Source: Octopus sinensis
Taxonomy: Eukaryota
Direction of reading: 5' to 3'
DNA: 64,000 nt
Assembly: GCF_006345805.1 (NCBI RefSeq)
Contig: NC_043009.1
Coordinates: 65,224,001-65,288,000 of the forward strand
In this document: in pieces, positions 41,000 through 53,249 of the stretch
How positions within the stretch are numbered: the stretch's first letter is position 1
How the letters are laid out: each line of letters starts with the position of its first letter
Translations under genes and position numbers: made by a program
Notes under the pieces: generated by a model
Databases searched by the model: none
The model's input: only the letters and a program-made list of their open reading frames with translations
Told to the model about the DNA's origin: nothing

Positions 41000-41560
41000 A
41001 TCTTTTTATTTATGATCTGGCGTTGATTACTGGGCATATTCGCGAAGTCAAGAGACTGTCTTTTCTCGCAGGATCTGAGAACGAAATTCGAACAGGTTAA
41101 GCGTTTATATTCGGTTTAGAAACGAGGAAACATTGTCGACCATTCAAGAGGTGTGTGAGTACAGATGGCCTGTCTACCGTCTCATTTCACTAACGATGAC
41201 TGTTACAACTATATTGATGAGAATCATGCATTGGTCGTTGTTCTACATAAAGCTAAAATGATCGATTAATACTTAGAATATATGGGAGTCAAAGCTAACT
41301 TGATGCATTAAAACCTTATCCCACGACGTTTTGGCAGTGCCAGCGCTAATAGCAGTATCTTGGATGCTAGATTGGACGCTTGAAGAAATCTGAAACGGTG
41401 ATAGTAAAACTAGAAATAACAAGTGGTAGTATCAAGATCAACAACGGCATTGACAGGATCCATGTGAAATGAAAGGACGGAGACAGGAGCATAAAATCTA
41501 TGTCTGATAATATCTGAAATTTTAACAACTCGAAGGGACGCTAGCAGCCTCGATTGGGAA
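41000..41560 (+). mobile_element. Possible highly decayed non-LTR RT remnant
   Basis: NYIDENHALVVVLH..LEYMGVKANL..SIKINNGI resembles the RT segment WIDYKKAFDSVPH..LxxxGV..IxIxRGI. Weak. Confidence 0.25.
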
Positions 41561-41820
41561 AACAGAATCGAATACTTTCATGTCATCCAACCAGACGGTG
41601 ACCGAGTTCATTTATATTACAGTTTATTAAACAAGAGTTGTTCATTCATTCCCAAACTCTTTTCCTTTCAGCCGTTAGTTCACCGATGATGATATTATTA
41701 TTGCAGTGATCTTTGAGGAACAGGTTCAGACAAGCTGTATATATTTCATATTTCTGATCTACGTATATATGTATATATCATACATGTATGCATGGCTGGT
41801 TTCATATATTTATGTGTGGG

Positions 41821-41858
<38 letters not shown>

Positions 41859-41860
<2 letters not shown>

Positions 41861-42152
41861 CTAAAAATAAGGGTGTCTGAGAGACACCACCATGCCGAAA
41901 TAGCAGTCAAAAACCCTGACTTTAAAAACCACGTTAAAATGTTCATATCGTACCATGAGATAAAGACAGAGGGACAAAATAGACTAGCAAAAAATATTAT
42001 TGAATAATATTCAATAATATTTTTTGCTAGTCTATTTTGTCCCTCTGTCTTATCTCATGGTACGATATGAACATTTTAACGTGGTTTTAAAGTCAGGGTT
42101 TTTGACTGCTATTTCGGCATGGTGGTGTCTCTCAGACACCTTATTTTTAGTT
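41859..42152. repeat. Near-perfect palindrome, arms about 146 bp, 1-nt spacer at 42007
   Basis: By eye the arms differ only by three single-base homopolymer indels. The left end abuts (TA)n. Confidence 0.95.
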
Positions 42153-42246
42153 GTAAAAAAATTATTACCTTTGTACTGTATTTTCCCATGCTGGCCACTT
42201 GATAATATCGATATTTAATATAGATATTATCCTTATTTATAAATAA

Positions 42247-42305
<59 letters not shown>

Positions 42306-42687
42306 GTAATAATGTTCGTCCTTCGGTTCGAAGAAGATGACCAACTGACATCATCTGATGGAACTGCCGCCATGAGACCTGAGGTGGCTGGTGAGGCCAA
42401 TTCGGGCAAGGATTATATATATATACACACACACAAAGACATATATATATATATATGTCTTTGTGTGTGTGTGTGTGCGCGCATGTGTGTATATACTCAC
42501 ACACACACATATATATGTGTTGACGTGGGTTAATCAACACATATATTTACTTACCAAACGTATGATTCTAGGTTCAATCCCACTGCGCTCTACATTTTCC
42601 GAGTGTCTCGGGCCAACACGAACACACACACACGTACATACACACGCAAGTGTGTATATATATACGTATATATATACACACAAATAT

Positions 42688-43138
42688 ATTAGGTTGTCCT
42701 GAAAGTTCTGAGTGTTTTTTAATATGCAAAATGGGATATAAATAATTGGCCCTTAAATAAATTTTTTATTCACTGAAATAATTTCCGTTAATATTAATGA
42801 CCTTTGCCCATCTGTCAGGCAGTTTTAATATTCCATCAATATAAAATTTAACTGGTTTTGAAGAAAAAAAGTTGTCTAAATGCGTTTTGATTCCATCTAA
42901 ATCGTTAAATGATTTTTCCTTGGAATGAGTTCTGTTGAGACAAAAACAAGTAATGATCGGATGGCGCAATATCAGGGGAACATGGTGGATAGGTAGACAA
43001 AGACACATGTGGTTGAGCATGGTTTTATTGGAACATTACCACTTTCCTGTTAGCAATCTTCAGCCACAACTGTTTGATTTCTTGGTTCAAATTAGCCAGC
43101 TGACTGCAGTAAAAATCAGAATGAATGGCTTGGGTTAA
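42688..43138 (-). mobile_element. Mariner (DD34D) transposase C-terminal remnant with 3' TIR
   Basis: Minus frames give SDFYCSQLANL..HPPCSPDIAPSDHYLFLS..KSFNDLDGIKTHLDNFFSSKPVKFYIDGILKLPDRWAKVININGNYFSE*. A TIR-like TATTAGGTTGTCCTGAAAGTTC lies at about 42687. Confidence 0.9.
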
Positions 43139-43530
43139 TGTACTTAATGTTCAGCGATGGTCTTTCTTGGTTACGTGTGTATAGCCATCATATCTCTCTC
43201 TTTCTTCTCGATCACTCTTCTCTCTCTCTCAACGCGCACACACACGCACACACATGCGTATGCATGTATGATTATACGTATGTATATCGCGCACGCATAT
43301 GTAAACATGGCCACATAGACTTCCCAATCCCCTGAGCCTTATAACAAACCCACCTCCACATGAACACCCACGTGTCATGTCTTAGTCAATCGTTCCTTCT
43401 TTTCTTTCTTTATTTCATTCATGTTTTCTTTATCCCCGCCCCAAACGTAAAAAAAAAAAAATCTCCCACTAATAGTTTCTTCTGTTTCGTAGGATCGAAT
43501 CGAACTTGGAATTTTGTTGCGCAATTTAAA

Positions 43531-44092
43531 AATTTATCTTTAATAAGGATGCGAACTGGCAAGATGGTTAGTGCGCCGAACAAAATGCTTCACTGTATTT
43601 CGTCCGTCTTAATGTTCCGAGTTCAAATTCCGTCGAGGTCGACTTTGCCTTTTCGGGGGTCGATAAAATAAGTACCAGTTGAGAACTGGGGTCGATATAA
43701 ATTTTTCTTTAATAAGGATGCGAGCTGACAGAATAGTTAGTGCGCCGGACAAAATGCTTCACTGTATTTCGTCCGTCTTAATGTTCCGAGTTCAAATTCC
43801 GTCAAGCTCGACTTTGCCTTTTCGGGGTCGATAAAATAAGTACCAGTTGAGAACAGGGGTCGATATAAATTTTTCTTTAATAAGGATGCGAGCTAGCAGA
43901 ATGGTTAGTGCGCCGGACAAAATGCTTTACTATATTTCGTCCGTCTTAATGTTCCGAGTTCAAATTCCATCGAGGTCGACTTTACCTTTTCGGGGTTCGA
44001 TAAAATAAGTACCTGTTGAGATCAGGGGTCGATATAATCGCTTTTCCGATTCCTCAGCTTTGCAGGCCTTGAGTCAAAATAAGAAAGGATTA
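43531..44092 (+). repeat. Tandem triplication (unit about 168 bp) of a family B SINE
   Basis: TTAATAAGGATGCGA.CT..CAGA...GGGGTCGATATAA is repeated three times. All units share the same deletion in GCCTTT[CATCCT]TCGGGG. Confidence 0.9.
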
Positions 44093-44804
44093 TTTTGAAC
44101 AATATTTTTCATGATCTTCAGCCGCTACAACGACCACCACAACCATCACCATTACCACTACCATCTCCAAAACCATTAGACTACCAATCACTAAGTGAAT
44201 ACTGCAATCCTCCTACGTCACTGCCACCACCACCATGGCAGCAGCACCAACACTTTAGCATATCAGCCTCCTCACCACCATCATCGCCATGTTGCACATC
44301 CTCACAACCAAGAATACCAGCATCACACTGCCAACACCAACGACATTAGCAACATGAAGAGCAACAGTTCCACCTGAACGTAGCCATCACTCCCTCCACT
44401 ACCACCATCGCCACCACCACTCCCAGCATCCACGGTCACCATTATTATCTGTAAGAACTACTGCCGCAATTAATGGTACCACCATAATTATCACACCCCC
44501 AGAGACACTACCACCACCACCAGCACCACCAGCACCACCACCATCATAATCCCCGTCACCAACACTAACACCATCGCCTCAACCAACTGTGCCACCAAAG
44601 ACTTTTCCCCACCCAGAGTTACCCTTAATATTTCCTTGGCTCTCGGGCGACACAGCCGTGCGACATAATATGGGAAACTTGGTAAAGATATTTCCGTATA
44701 AAATATTCAAAAAATTATTGATAAAAACCATTAAAAATTTAACATCAACATGGCGGAATGTTCTATGTTAACAGCAACAAATTCACGTTAGACCACACAC
44801 TATG

Positions 44805-44868
<64 letters not shown>

Positions 44869-44910
44869 GCTTTCTTTTTGCTTTCTTTCTTTCTTTCTTT
44901 CTTTCTTTTT

Positions 44911-44957
<47 letters not shown>

Positions 44958-45002
44958 CTCTCTCTCTCCTCTCTCTCTCTTCTTTTTTTCTCTCTCTCTT
45001 TC
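44805..45002. repeat. (CTTT)n/(CT)n polypyrimidine array
   Basis: Direct reading. Confidence 0.95.
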
Positions 45003-45321
45003 TATCCCAGCCTGTCTGTATTTCTGTCTGTCTGTCAATGTACCTCTATTGATATTTCTTTCTTCTTCTTCAGAGCAAATGCTGAAACAGCAGTGACAAC
45101 AACATCAACAACAACAAGTTAAACAGCAATGACTGACAGCAAAACAAACAAACAAAAAAATAATGATATTGAACAAGGCAGCATCAGTAACAATAATCAT
45201 GATAATTGCAAAAAATATGGTAACTAAAGATAATTAATTGCAACAACAACTACCATCTCAATAGTACCATTTTTTTTTATTATATGAAGAGCAACAGCAT
45301 CGATATTCAATGCATACACAA

Positions 45322-45350
<29 letters not shown>

Positions 45351-45354
<4 letters not shown>

Positions 45355-45634
45355 AAGAAATACAAAAACAGGGACAACAACGCAAAACATCCAGACAGAT
45401 GATACGAAAGAGCGACAAGAAAAAACAAGGACGGGTCATCCGGAGTTTTCTTTCCTCAGTCGAGTTCCAGATTATGTTTGCAATTTTGGCTGGTTAAACT
45501 GCAAAGATAATTTGGCACTCGACTGAGGAAAGAAAACTCCGAATGACCCGTCCTTGTTTTTTCTTGTCCCTTTTTTGTATCATCTGTCTGGATGTTTTGC
45601 GTTCTTGTCCCAGTTTTTGTATTTCTTTTTATAT
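45351..45634. repeat. Inverted repeat, arms about 133 bp, 17-nt spacer, in TA/CA microsatellite
   Basis: CAAGGACGGGTCATCCGGAGTTTTCTTTCCTCAGTCGAG pairs with CTCGACTGAGGAAAGAAAACTCCGAATGACCCGTCCTTG. Confidence 0.9.
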
Positions 45635-45671
45635 ACATATAGAACGTACGCACACACTTTAGTCTCCTATG

Positions 45672-45704
<33 letters not shown>

Positions 45705-45708
45705 TATT

Positions 45709-45790
<82 letters not shown>

Positions 45791-45796
<6 letters not shown>

Positions 45797-46216
45797 GCAG
45801 GAGTGGCTGTGTGGTAAGTAGCTTGCTAACCACCACATGGTTCCAGGTTCAGTCCCACTGCGTGGCATCTTGGGCAAGTGTCTTCTACTATAGCCCCGGG
45901 ACCGACCAATGCTTATGAGTGGATTTAGTAGACGGAAACTGAAAGAAGCCTGGTCGTATATATGTATATATATATATATTATGTGTGTGTGTGTGTTGGT
46001 GTGTCGTGTTGTCCCCCTAGCATGGCTTGACAACCGATGCTGGTGTGTTTATGTCCCCGTCACTTAACTGTTCGGCAAAACAGACCGATAGAATAAGTAC
46101 TGGGCTTACAAATAATAAGTCCCGTGGTCGATTTGCTCGACTAAAGGCGGTGCTCCAGCATGGCCGCAGTCAAAATGACTGAAACAAGTAATAGAGGTAA
46201 AAGAGTTAAAAGAGTT
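45791..46216 (+). mobile_element. SINE family A, full length, in (TA)n
   Basis: Colinear with 2031-2525. Confidence 0.9.
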
Positions 46217-46815
46217 ATATATATATATATATGTATGTATGTATTTATGTATGTATATGACGCAAAGGAATAAGGATTTTAAATCCAGGCTGATATCTTA
46301 CATGCACTTTGATAAAATCCATCGAAGGACAGGAAACATTTAGAATCGTTTAGAATAAACAACTATACTGCACCCATTTCGAATGGTAAATCCTGAGTTT
46401 GCTTCAATGGATTTCGTGTGGAATACAGAGAATATTATCAAGACCTAATAATGAAGAATGGGGAGTTACACGTCTTCCAAAACCACTTACCGACACGTGA
46501 TTCTGCTGAATAAGTGTCTTAGGGGTCTTCGATACAATACTTTTTTGCGTTTAGCCGACTTGTATTAAATCAGTTATAGTAAACGTATAAATCCTTACGT
46601 TGACAGTCCTTATACGTACACAACACACACACACAAATATATATAATAATATATAATATATATATGTATATATATATATAGATAGATAGATACACAGGCT
46701 GACACACAAAAAACATATATACATAAATGCTTACACGCATGCATGCATTTGTATATACATGCATACATATATACATATATTAGAAGGTTTGGAGGTGATG
46801 TACAGGTATTATATT

Positions 46816-47060
46816 TTAGAAGAATTAAGGTACTCAGAAATCTAGATAGATTTATATTTACAAATTTTTATTAATAAGGTAGATGTTTTTATAAATCATA
46901 TATTAGCATTTGTATCCACTCTAGCAGATTCTTCAGAATCTGAAGAATCTACTAGAGTGGATGCAAGTGCTAATATATGATTTATAAAAACATGCGGCAT
47001 ATTACTAGAAATCTGTAAATATAAATCCATCTAGATTTCTGGTAACCTTATTTCTTCTAA
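46816..47060. repeat. Diverged palindrome, arms about 120 bp, centre 46938
   Basis: CATATATTAGCATTTGTATCCACTCTAGCAGATTCTTCAGA-A-TCTGAAGAATCTACTAGAGTGGATGCAAGTGCTAATATATG. Confidence 0.9.
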
Positions 47061-47163
47061 TACACATATATATGTGTGTGTGCGAGAGTGGTTGTGGAAA
47101 ATAAAAGGCTAGTACGTTTGTAAAATTACTCAATGAAGTACTCAATATAGCTGAAATTTGGCA

Positions 47164-47203
47164 ATTGTTACTCAGAGTCCCAACTTTCCGTTCCTCAAAC
47201 AAT
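47164..47203 (-). ncRNA. Degenerate copy of the 40889-40931 hammerhead-like motif
   Basis: Minus strand: AUUGU-UUGAGGA-ACG GAAA GUU-GGGA-CUC u GAG-UA-ACAAU. Stems I and III are intact; the core is mutated. Confidence 0.4.
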
Positions 47204-48173
47204 CATAACTGTTCTGATGGTTGAATGTAATATTCTCATATTTGAAAAGCAATCAAACGAGGACATAACTTAGTTGATACATAAGGAGACGGCGCTTAAT
47301 TAATATTAGGTTTATGGATACCCGAAGATCAACGTAGATTATGTGTTTCTAATTATTGTACTGCTCGTATTAATAAATTAGTTTATATTTATTTAATACA
47401 CGTGTTTCTGTCTTCGTAAACTGTCTGTAATGTCAAGGGAAGTAACTTAAAACTTTCTCCTATTCTCTTTAATTATCTCCTATCAACTTTAATATTCTCA
47501 CTCACGTATTCTCTCATCGTCTCTCGCTTTCTCTCTCATTCTTTCTATCTTTCTCAAACTCTGTCTCTTTCTCCAATTCCAATTATAATGTCACCGCCAG
47601 CGTTTTCCCCCACCGTTGCTACCATCACAGCAAATGCTTTCTTGTGTGTGTGTGTGTGTGTGTATCTATTTAACACGTGTGAAGGTGTGTATTTGTTGGG
47701 ATTAGCGTTCACGTACGAGTGCGATTCCAGAAGGAAAATGTTTGTCAATGTATCGAGAAGGAAATGAAAGGATATTAATGATAGACAATGTTTATGGCTA
47801 ACATTGGTTCTAGAAAAACAGTCGGTGGAATGTCCTCAGTCCACTGCCACAACATATTTAGATTTTAAATCAGTGTCTATTGCAACCTCCGCATCAAAAC
47901 GCCGCCGCAAATAGCAAAGAAACGGATTCGAATTTTCATTCTTAGAAAATCTCTGCTAGTTCCATTTAAAATCTTTCCAAATATACTGCAAAATGTGCCA
48001 GCAAAGGATAAAAAAAATAAAACATTCTTATTAATAATTTATGATTGAGGTTGTTTTCATCTTGGAAGAGCGTCACATTCCATTGTTTCTTTCTTAGATA
48101 AACTAAGTTAACTAACAGTTTTCAATATCGCCTGCATGTCTGATACACACACACACACAAATGTGTATATACC

Positions 48174-48206
<33 letters not shown>

Positions 48207-48207
48207 T

Positions 48208-48537
48208 GAGGAGGAGGAGGAAACCCTTTCGGTCATGAATGACCATGGGATTGCACCTAGAAAGTTACCCTTCCAGGCACAAGTCAGGGCAAGGTTATTT
48301 ATGAAGGGCCAGCAGTTGCCTATGCACACCACTGATGTTATCCAAAGGAAAGGCAAAGGGGCCGATACAGCTTGCCACCAATGATGTCGCAACACATTTC
48401 TACAGCTGAGTGAACTGGAGCAACGTGAAATAAAGTATCTTGCTCAAGAACACAGCACGCAGCCCGGTCCGGGAATCGAACTCACAACCTCACGATCGTA
48501 AGCTCGACGCTCTAACCAATGAGTCATGCGCCTTCAC
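48208..48537 (-). mobile_element. tRNA-derived SINE family C, CORE-like head with tail type 3 and a (CCT)n end
   Basis: Minus head GAAGGCGCATGACTCATTGGTTAGAGCGTCG..GAGTTCGATTCCC. The tail is shared with 27262-27581. Confidence 0.85.
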
Positions 48538-48699
48538 AAACACACACACGATTTAATATTTGAGGCTCCGATGAAGCTATAAGGTATTACTCAGGCACAC
48601 AGCAATAAGTCCACCGCATTAAGTTAATGAAGTTCATAAGATAAATGTTTTATTCTTTTGTCGTCTCTCTTTCCATATCAGGTGTATGCATATTTGTGT

Positions 48700-48876
48700 T
48701 TCAAATTCTTGCTACAAGGCCAGCAGTGTATCTGAGGAGGATGAGGTAAGTGGATTACATCGATTCCAGTACTCTATTGATACTTATTTTATCGATTTTG
48801 AACACAGAATGCAAAGCCGGACGAAAAGCCGTTAAGCATTTTGTCCGGCGTGCTAACGATTCTGTCAGCTCTCCGT
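48700..48876 (-). mobile_element. SINE family B, internally deleted
   Basis: Plus strand AAGCATTTTGTCCGGCGTGCTAACGATTCTGTCAGCTC and TACTTATTTTATCGA. Confidence 0.75.
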
Positions 48877-49019
48877 CTTGTCTTATACATCGAATGGTAC
48901 TGCGCAGGTGTTGAAACCATAATGATATCTGTGGGGCAGCTGATGATGGAGGTATGTTGAACTGTTGGTATGGCTGTTTTTGTATATGTGGAATAGTGCT
49001 ATAACACATCCTTTTGATC

Positions 49020-49275
49020 ACCACTACTTTATTATCTCCCCCTTTTCCTAACTCCCCTGTGTAACCCCTTTGTCCGACATTCGACATGAAAGATCGCTAG
49101 CCACTACACATTCTATATTTTCTCTCCATTTTTCTTTCTGTGTCCCTTTCTGTGGAAAAACGTAGGCTCGAAACGTTAAAGACATTTTCACTTCCCGAGC
49201 CTTAAACTAATACATCTGTTTGTTGCCTACGCCACCTGTCATCGTCTTTTGCTTTTTGGGAATTCTCCCTATATA
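49020..49275 (+). mobile_element. Penelope-like 3' terminus with a hammerhead relic, ending at TA repeats
   Basis: CTGTGGAAAAACGTAGGCTCGAAACGTTAAAG (49150-49181) has the layout stem II, GAAAC, palindromic AACGTT. Confidence 0.45.
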
Positions 49276-51226
49276 TAGAGTGGTTGTATACTGTCAACTT
49301 AACGTGACAGTCCTGTAAGGGAATTTCACCACCACTGTTTAGCCCTAGGAAGCATCGACGCTTTCTGTCGGCCTTGACACATTTCCTGTGTCCTTATATA
49401 TTTACGAAGGGGAGACAAATACCCTCAACAGCTAGGCCTGCATCTAGAGACACGCATGTTTCAGGGTCTTTGCCCACAGTTTGGAGGGATCGTCCGGTTG
49501 ATTGAACCAGCACAAATTCCTATATTCCTCATTTGACATCCTGCTAGCTAGTTTTCTTTCGCATAGGGTGCTTACCGAGGTATTCACCTGGATTTCTTTA
49601 CTCTTCATTTTCGATGTATGCATGCATGCATGTATGTATGTATTTGTGTATGTATATATGTATGTATGTAGCTATCTATCTATCTATCTACTATCTATCT
49701 ATCTACCTATCAATCTATATGTAGATAAGTATATATGTGAATGTATATAAGTTGGGCTTTGGCAACATCACTGCTTACAAAGTTCCACTTGCAAAGCACT
49801 GGTGAAAATGAGCCAATAGCAGAACATATTGTCTCATAGTACCGAGGTATGAGAGTGGAACCACACCTGTACTTGATTGAAATAATTGTGAATCTCTTTT
49901 GATGCAAATTCTCTATGAGAAATGTCAATGAAAGATTGGTCATTCTATTGTTAAGTTGCTAATACGACCAGGTAAGGTAGAAATACGACAAACAGCTATC
50001 GTCACCTGTACATGGGTGAAAATTAGCAGAAATAAATGTATATGAAGACATTACAAGACATACTCGTAGTAACTGAGGTGGTTAAATTGCGATTTTAGTT
50101 TCTATAATTAGCCTCTGTTGCTGTTGTTGCTTTTGTTGTTGTTGTCGTCGTTATCGTTGTGGTTGTTATAGTTGTTGCTATTGTTGTCGTTGTTGTTTTC
50201 GTTTAACCATAATCCAGCAGCTGCTATTATTTTTTGCAAATTTAGTGCCTTTCCTAATGTCTCATTCTTTTATTAAGGCGTTAGTGTGTGACTGGAGAAA
50301 GATTAGGCTGCTATTTCTAGAAATTTTAGTGACCACGTAGAGGTTCTCTCGTATGTCACATCTTCACATTGCACTGCGACAAGAAACTGATGTAAGTGAA
50401 AAGAATACAGACATGCAGTTATGTTCGTGATTGCGTGGCATTTAGCCGAATTATTTCCAAGACTTTCTTGGAACCGAACTCTTGACTTCATGACTACAGA
50501 CCGCTATTGGTCAGCATATGGACAATCAATAGTTATAAAGTGCCATGGAAATTATATTTTGATCAACTTCAAATGTTTGTTTCGGTGCCAAAACCAGCCT
50601 ATGTGTCTGTGTGTATATACTTGTAACTAACAGGCGAAATATCTGTACTTAGATGTATGTTAGTGTATGTGTGTGTATGTGTGTGTGCGTGTGGTGTTAC
50701 ACATTCATGGTGTGTGAATGTGTGATAGTGGCGAGGTCGGGAAGAGAAAGAGCGAGAGAGCGGGAGAGAGAGAGAGAGAGAGCGGGGGAGAGTGAGGATT
50801 ATATCAATAGCAAGTCTATTAATTTGCTTAATAGTTTTGACTGCGAGTCTCGCTATGTTTCCTTTACCGTTTTCCTATTTCATTTCATCGCTGATCTATG
50901 CTGGCACTTGGCTATGCATGACCACCAATTTAGCTCCTGCCTTTAATTCTGCTTCTTTACAGCAATCATCCGGACAGACGCTTCTTACTCTATGTGATTC
51001 ACTAGCATCATTGCTAATTCTAGTTACCGAATCACACGCACAGTTATAAAAACCCGACTGACAATCCGTGGCATTAATTACACATAGAGCTTTAATCAAA
51101 TCCCCAATCAATGTCGTGCTATTACTTTATACTTCTCTCCGTCCACTCTCCTTGACCACCTCGTCTTCATCCTTCTCTCCTTCTTCTCCTTCTCCTTCTC
51201 CTCCTTGCAGAATAAGGCCACCGCCA

Positions 51227-51259
<33 letters not shown>

Positions 51260-51347
51260 TTGGTGAAAAGAGAGATGGAAAGTAGAGGAGGTCGGAGGGC
51301 AATTGGATGGGCGTGTAATCATGTAATGTGTCGCGTGCATATGTATG

Positions 51348-51430
<83 letters not shown>

Positions 51431-51512
51431 TATATATATGTGAGTATGTATGTATATATATATGTGTGTGTGTATGTATGTATATATATATATATGTGTG
51501 TGTGTGTGTATG

Positions 51513-51545
<33 letters not shown>

Positions 51546-51624
51546 TTGTGTGTGTGTGTGCGGTATGGTATATAATATGCGGATGTGCGTGTGCGTGTGT
51601 GTGTGTGTATGTATATAATCCATA

Positions 51625-51676
<52 letters not shown>

Positions 51677-52449
51677 TATCCGTTGTGTGAGTGGTGTAGT
51701 GATGTATATGTCGAAATAGGGTGGAGTCTTCTCATCTGGCGTGAATGTCGTAAAAATCGAAGAAATTGTCCCCAAAGGGATTTTATCAACATGACGTTCC
51801 ATCTGTGGTTCGAACCATCAACTCCGACGGAGGACGAGTTCTAGTAACATCCCCAACCTCATGACGAAGCCAGAGCAAACGAGCGAGAAAGAGAATGAGG
51901 GAGAGAGGGAGAGAAAGAGAGAGTGAAGAAGAAGGAGTAGAGAGAGAGGGAAGGGAGAGAGGGATGTTTATTCGTTATGAGAACTTCATGGCTAATTTCA
52001 TTGAAAGTTGATGAGACGGTGTTCATTCAATGATGCGGTGAACGTGTTTATCGTCATCTCAATTCTCAGTTATTAGAAAATGATTCGGTGAAAATGGAGG
52101 AATATTTTTTTCAATATGACAATGATATCGCTCAAACTGTTTTAACATTTCATTTTCCAATGCATAACAAGATGTATTTTTTTTAGTAACGAGTCTTTGG
52201 GTCTTTGGTCTGTAAAGTTTACAGAAACCAGTAATTTACATGTCTCACACGGTTCCAGTGTGACAGTTTTACAAGTGTATCAACATCACAAACGCCCACG
52301 TGAAAGATTCTATGCGGTTGCCTGAATTTGCTAGAAATAACAGCCAAAATTCAATCAAATCATGCCCTAACGATGGAGAAATGCATTAGACTATGTAACT
52401 CTTGATATCTTTACTGTAATATAAAAAAAAAACTAGGGACTCATGGTTG

Positions 52450-52720
52450 GTGATCAGATATCGTTATTCATCGCTCGTCACAGTGCGCTTTGCATCGCAT
52501 TTTTAACTTCGGAATGATGCTACACCGCTCGTTACATGAGCAAGCCAGTATTACCGTTGATTGGAAGGCTATTCTGTCACAAGGTTACCCACTGACAACT
52601 GAGTGGACTGAGGCAACGTGGAATGAAGTGTTTTGCACAAGAACATGACGCGCTTCCCAATCCGGAAATCGAACCCATGATATAGCGATCGTAAGTGAAA
52701 CACCAATAACCACTGTACCG
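52450..52720 (-). mobile_element. tRNA-derived SINE family C, CORE-like head with tail type 2, diverged
   Basis: Minus strand GGGTTCGATTTCCGG..CTTGTGCAAAACACTTCATTCCACGTTG. The tail ATGCAAAGCGCACTGTGACGAGCGATG matches 27912-27940. Confidence 0.7.
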
Positions 52721-52807
52721 AAAGCTGGTAGGATGACATGATTAGAATGTCATTTGAAGGATAAATACCTTACACGCGAAAAATGTTCCTCTAAGCAAAA
52801 GATAGTA

Positions 52808-53030
52808 AAGGCAGTGAGCTGGCAGAATCGTCAGCTCACTGGACGAAATGCTTAGCGGCATTTCGTCTGTCTTCGTGTTCTGAGTTCAAATGCCACCGGG
52901 GTCGACTTTGCTTTTCATCCTTTCGGAATCGGTAAATTACGTACCAGTTACGCACTGGGGTCGATGTAATCGACTAAATCCCTTCTCCCAAATTTGAAGC
53001 CTTGTGCTTTCAGTAGAAAGAATTATCATT
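52808..53030 (+). mobile_element. SINE family B
   Basis: GGCAGTGAGCTGGCAGAATCG..GGGGTCGACTTTGCTTTTCATCCTTTCGG..GTACCAGTTACGCACTGGGGTCGATGTAATCGAC. Confidence 0.9.
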
Positions 53031-53249
53031 AAAGATGGTATCTAGCAAAATCGGAACTCATCGTATAAAATGCCTTGCAATACTTAGACACATTCATTTG
53101 TCTTCTGAATTAAACTCAGAATGGTGTTACATTTGCATTTAATAAATCTCCTAAATTACTTCCCTAGCACCATACTATATCTTGTCAAACAAGTCAAAAC
53201 CCTCTTCAAGTATATTTCATCGAATCTCCCACCGCTAGGTTTCAGGTCG

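Noticed and set aside
43531-44092. CRISPR-like or regularly spaced array
   Set aside because: The units are whole SINE duplicates with no unique spacers, the context is eukaryotic and there are no cas genes.
46290-46335. Further hammerhead relics (also about 57825-57865 and 60500-60545)
   Set aside because: Both core boxes are mutated, so they cannot be distinguished from chance without a family consensus.
51985-52065. miRNA-like hairpin
   Set aside because: Only about 15 bp of pairing with bulges and G-U pairs, and no mature miRNA that I recognise.
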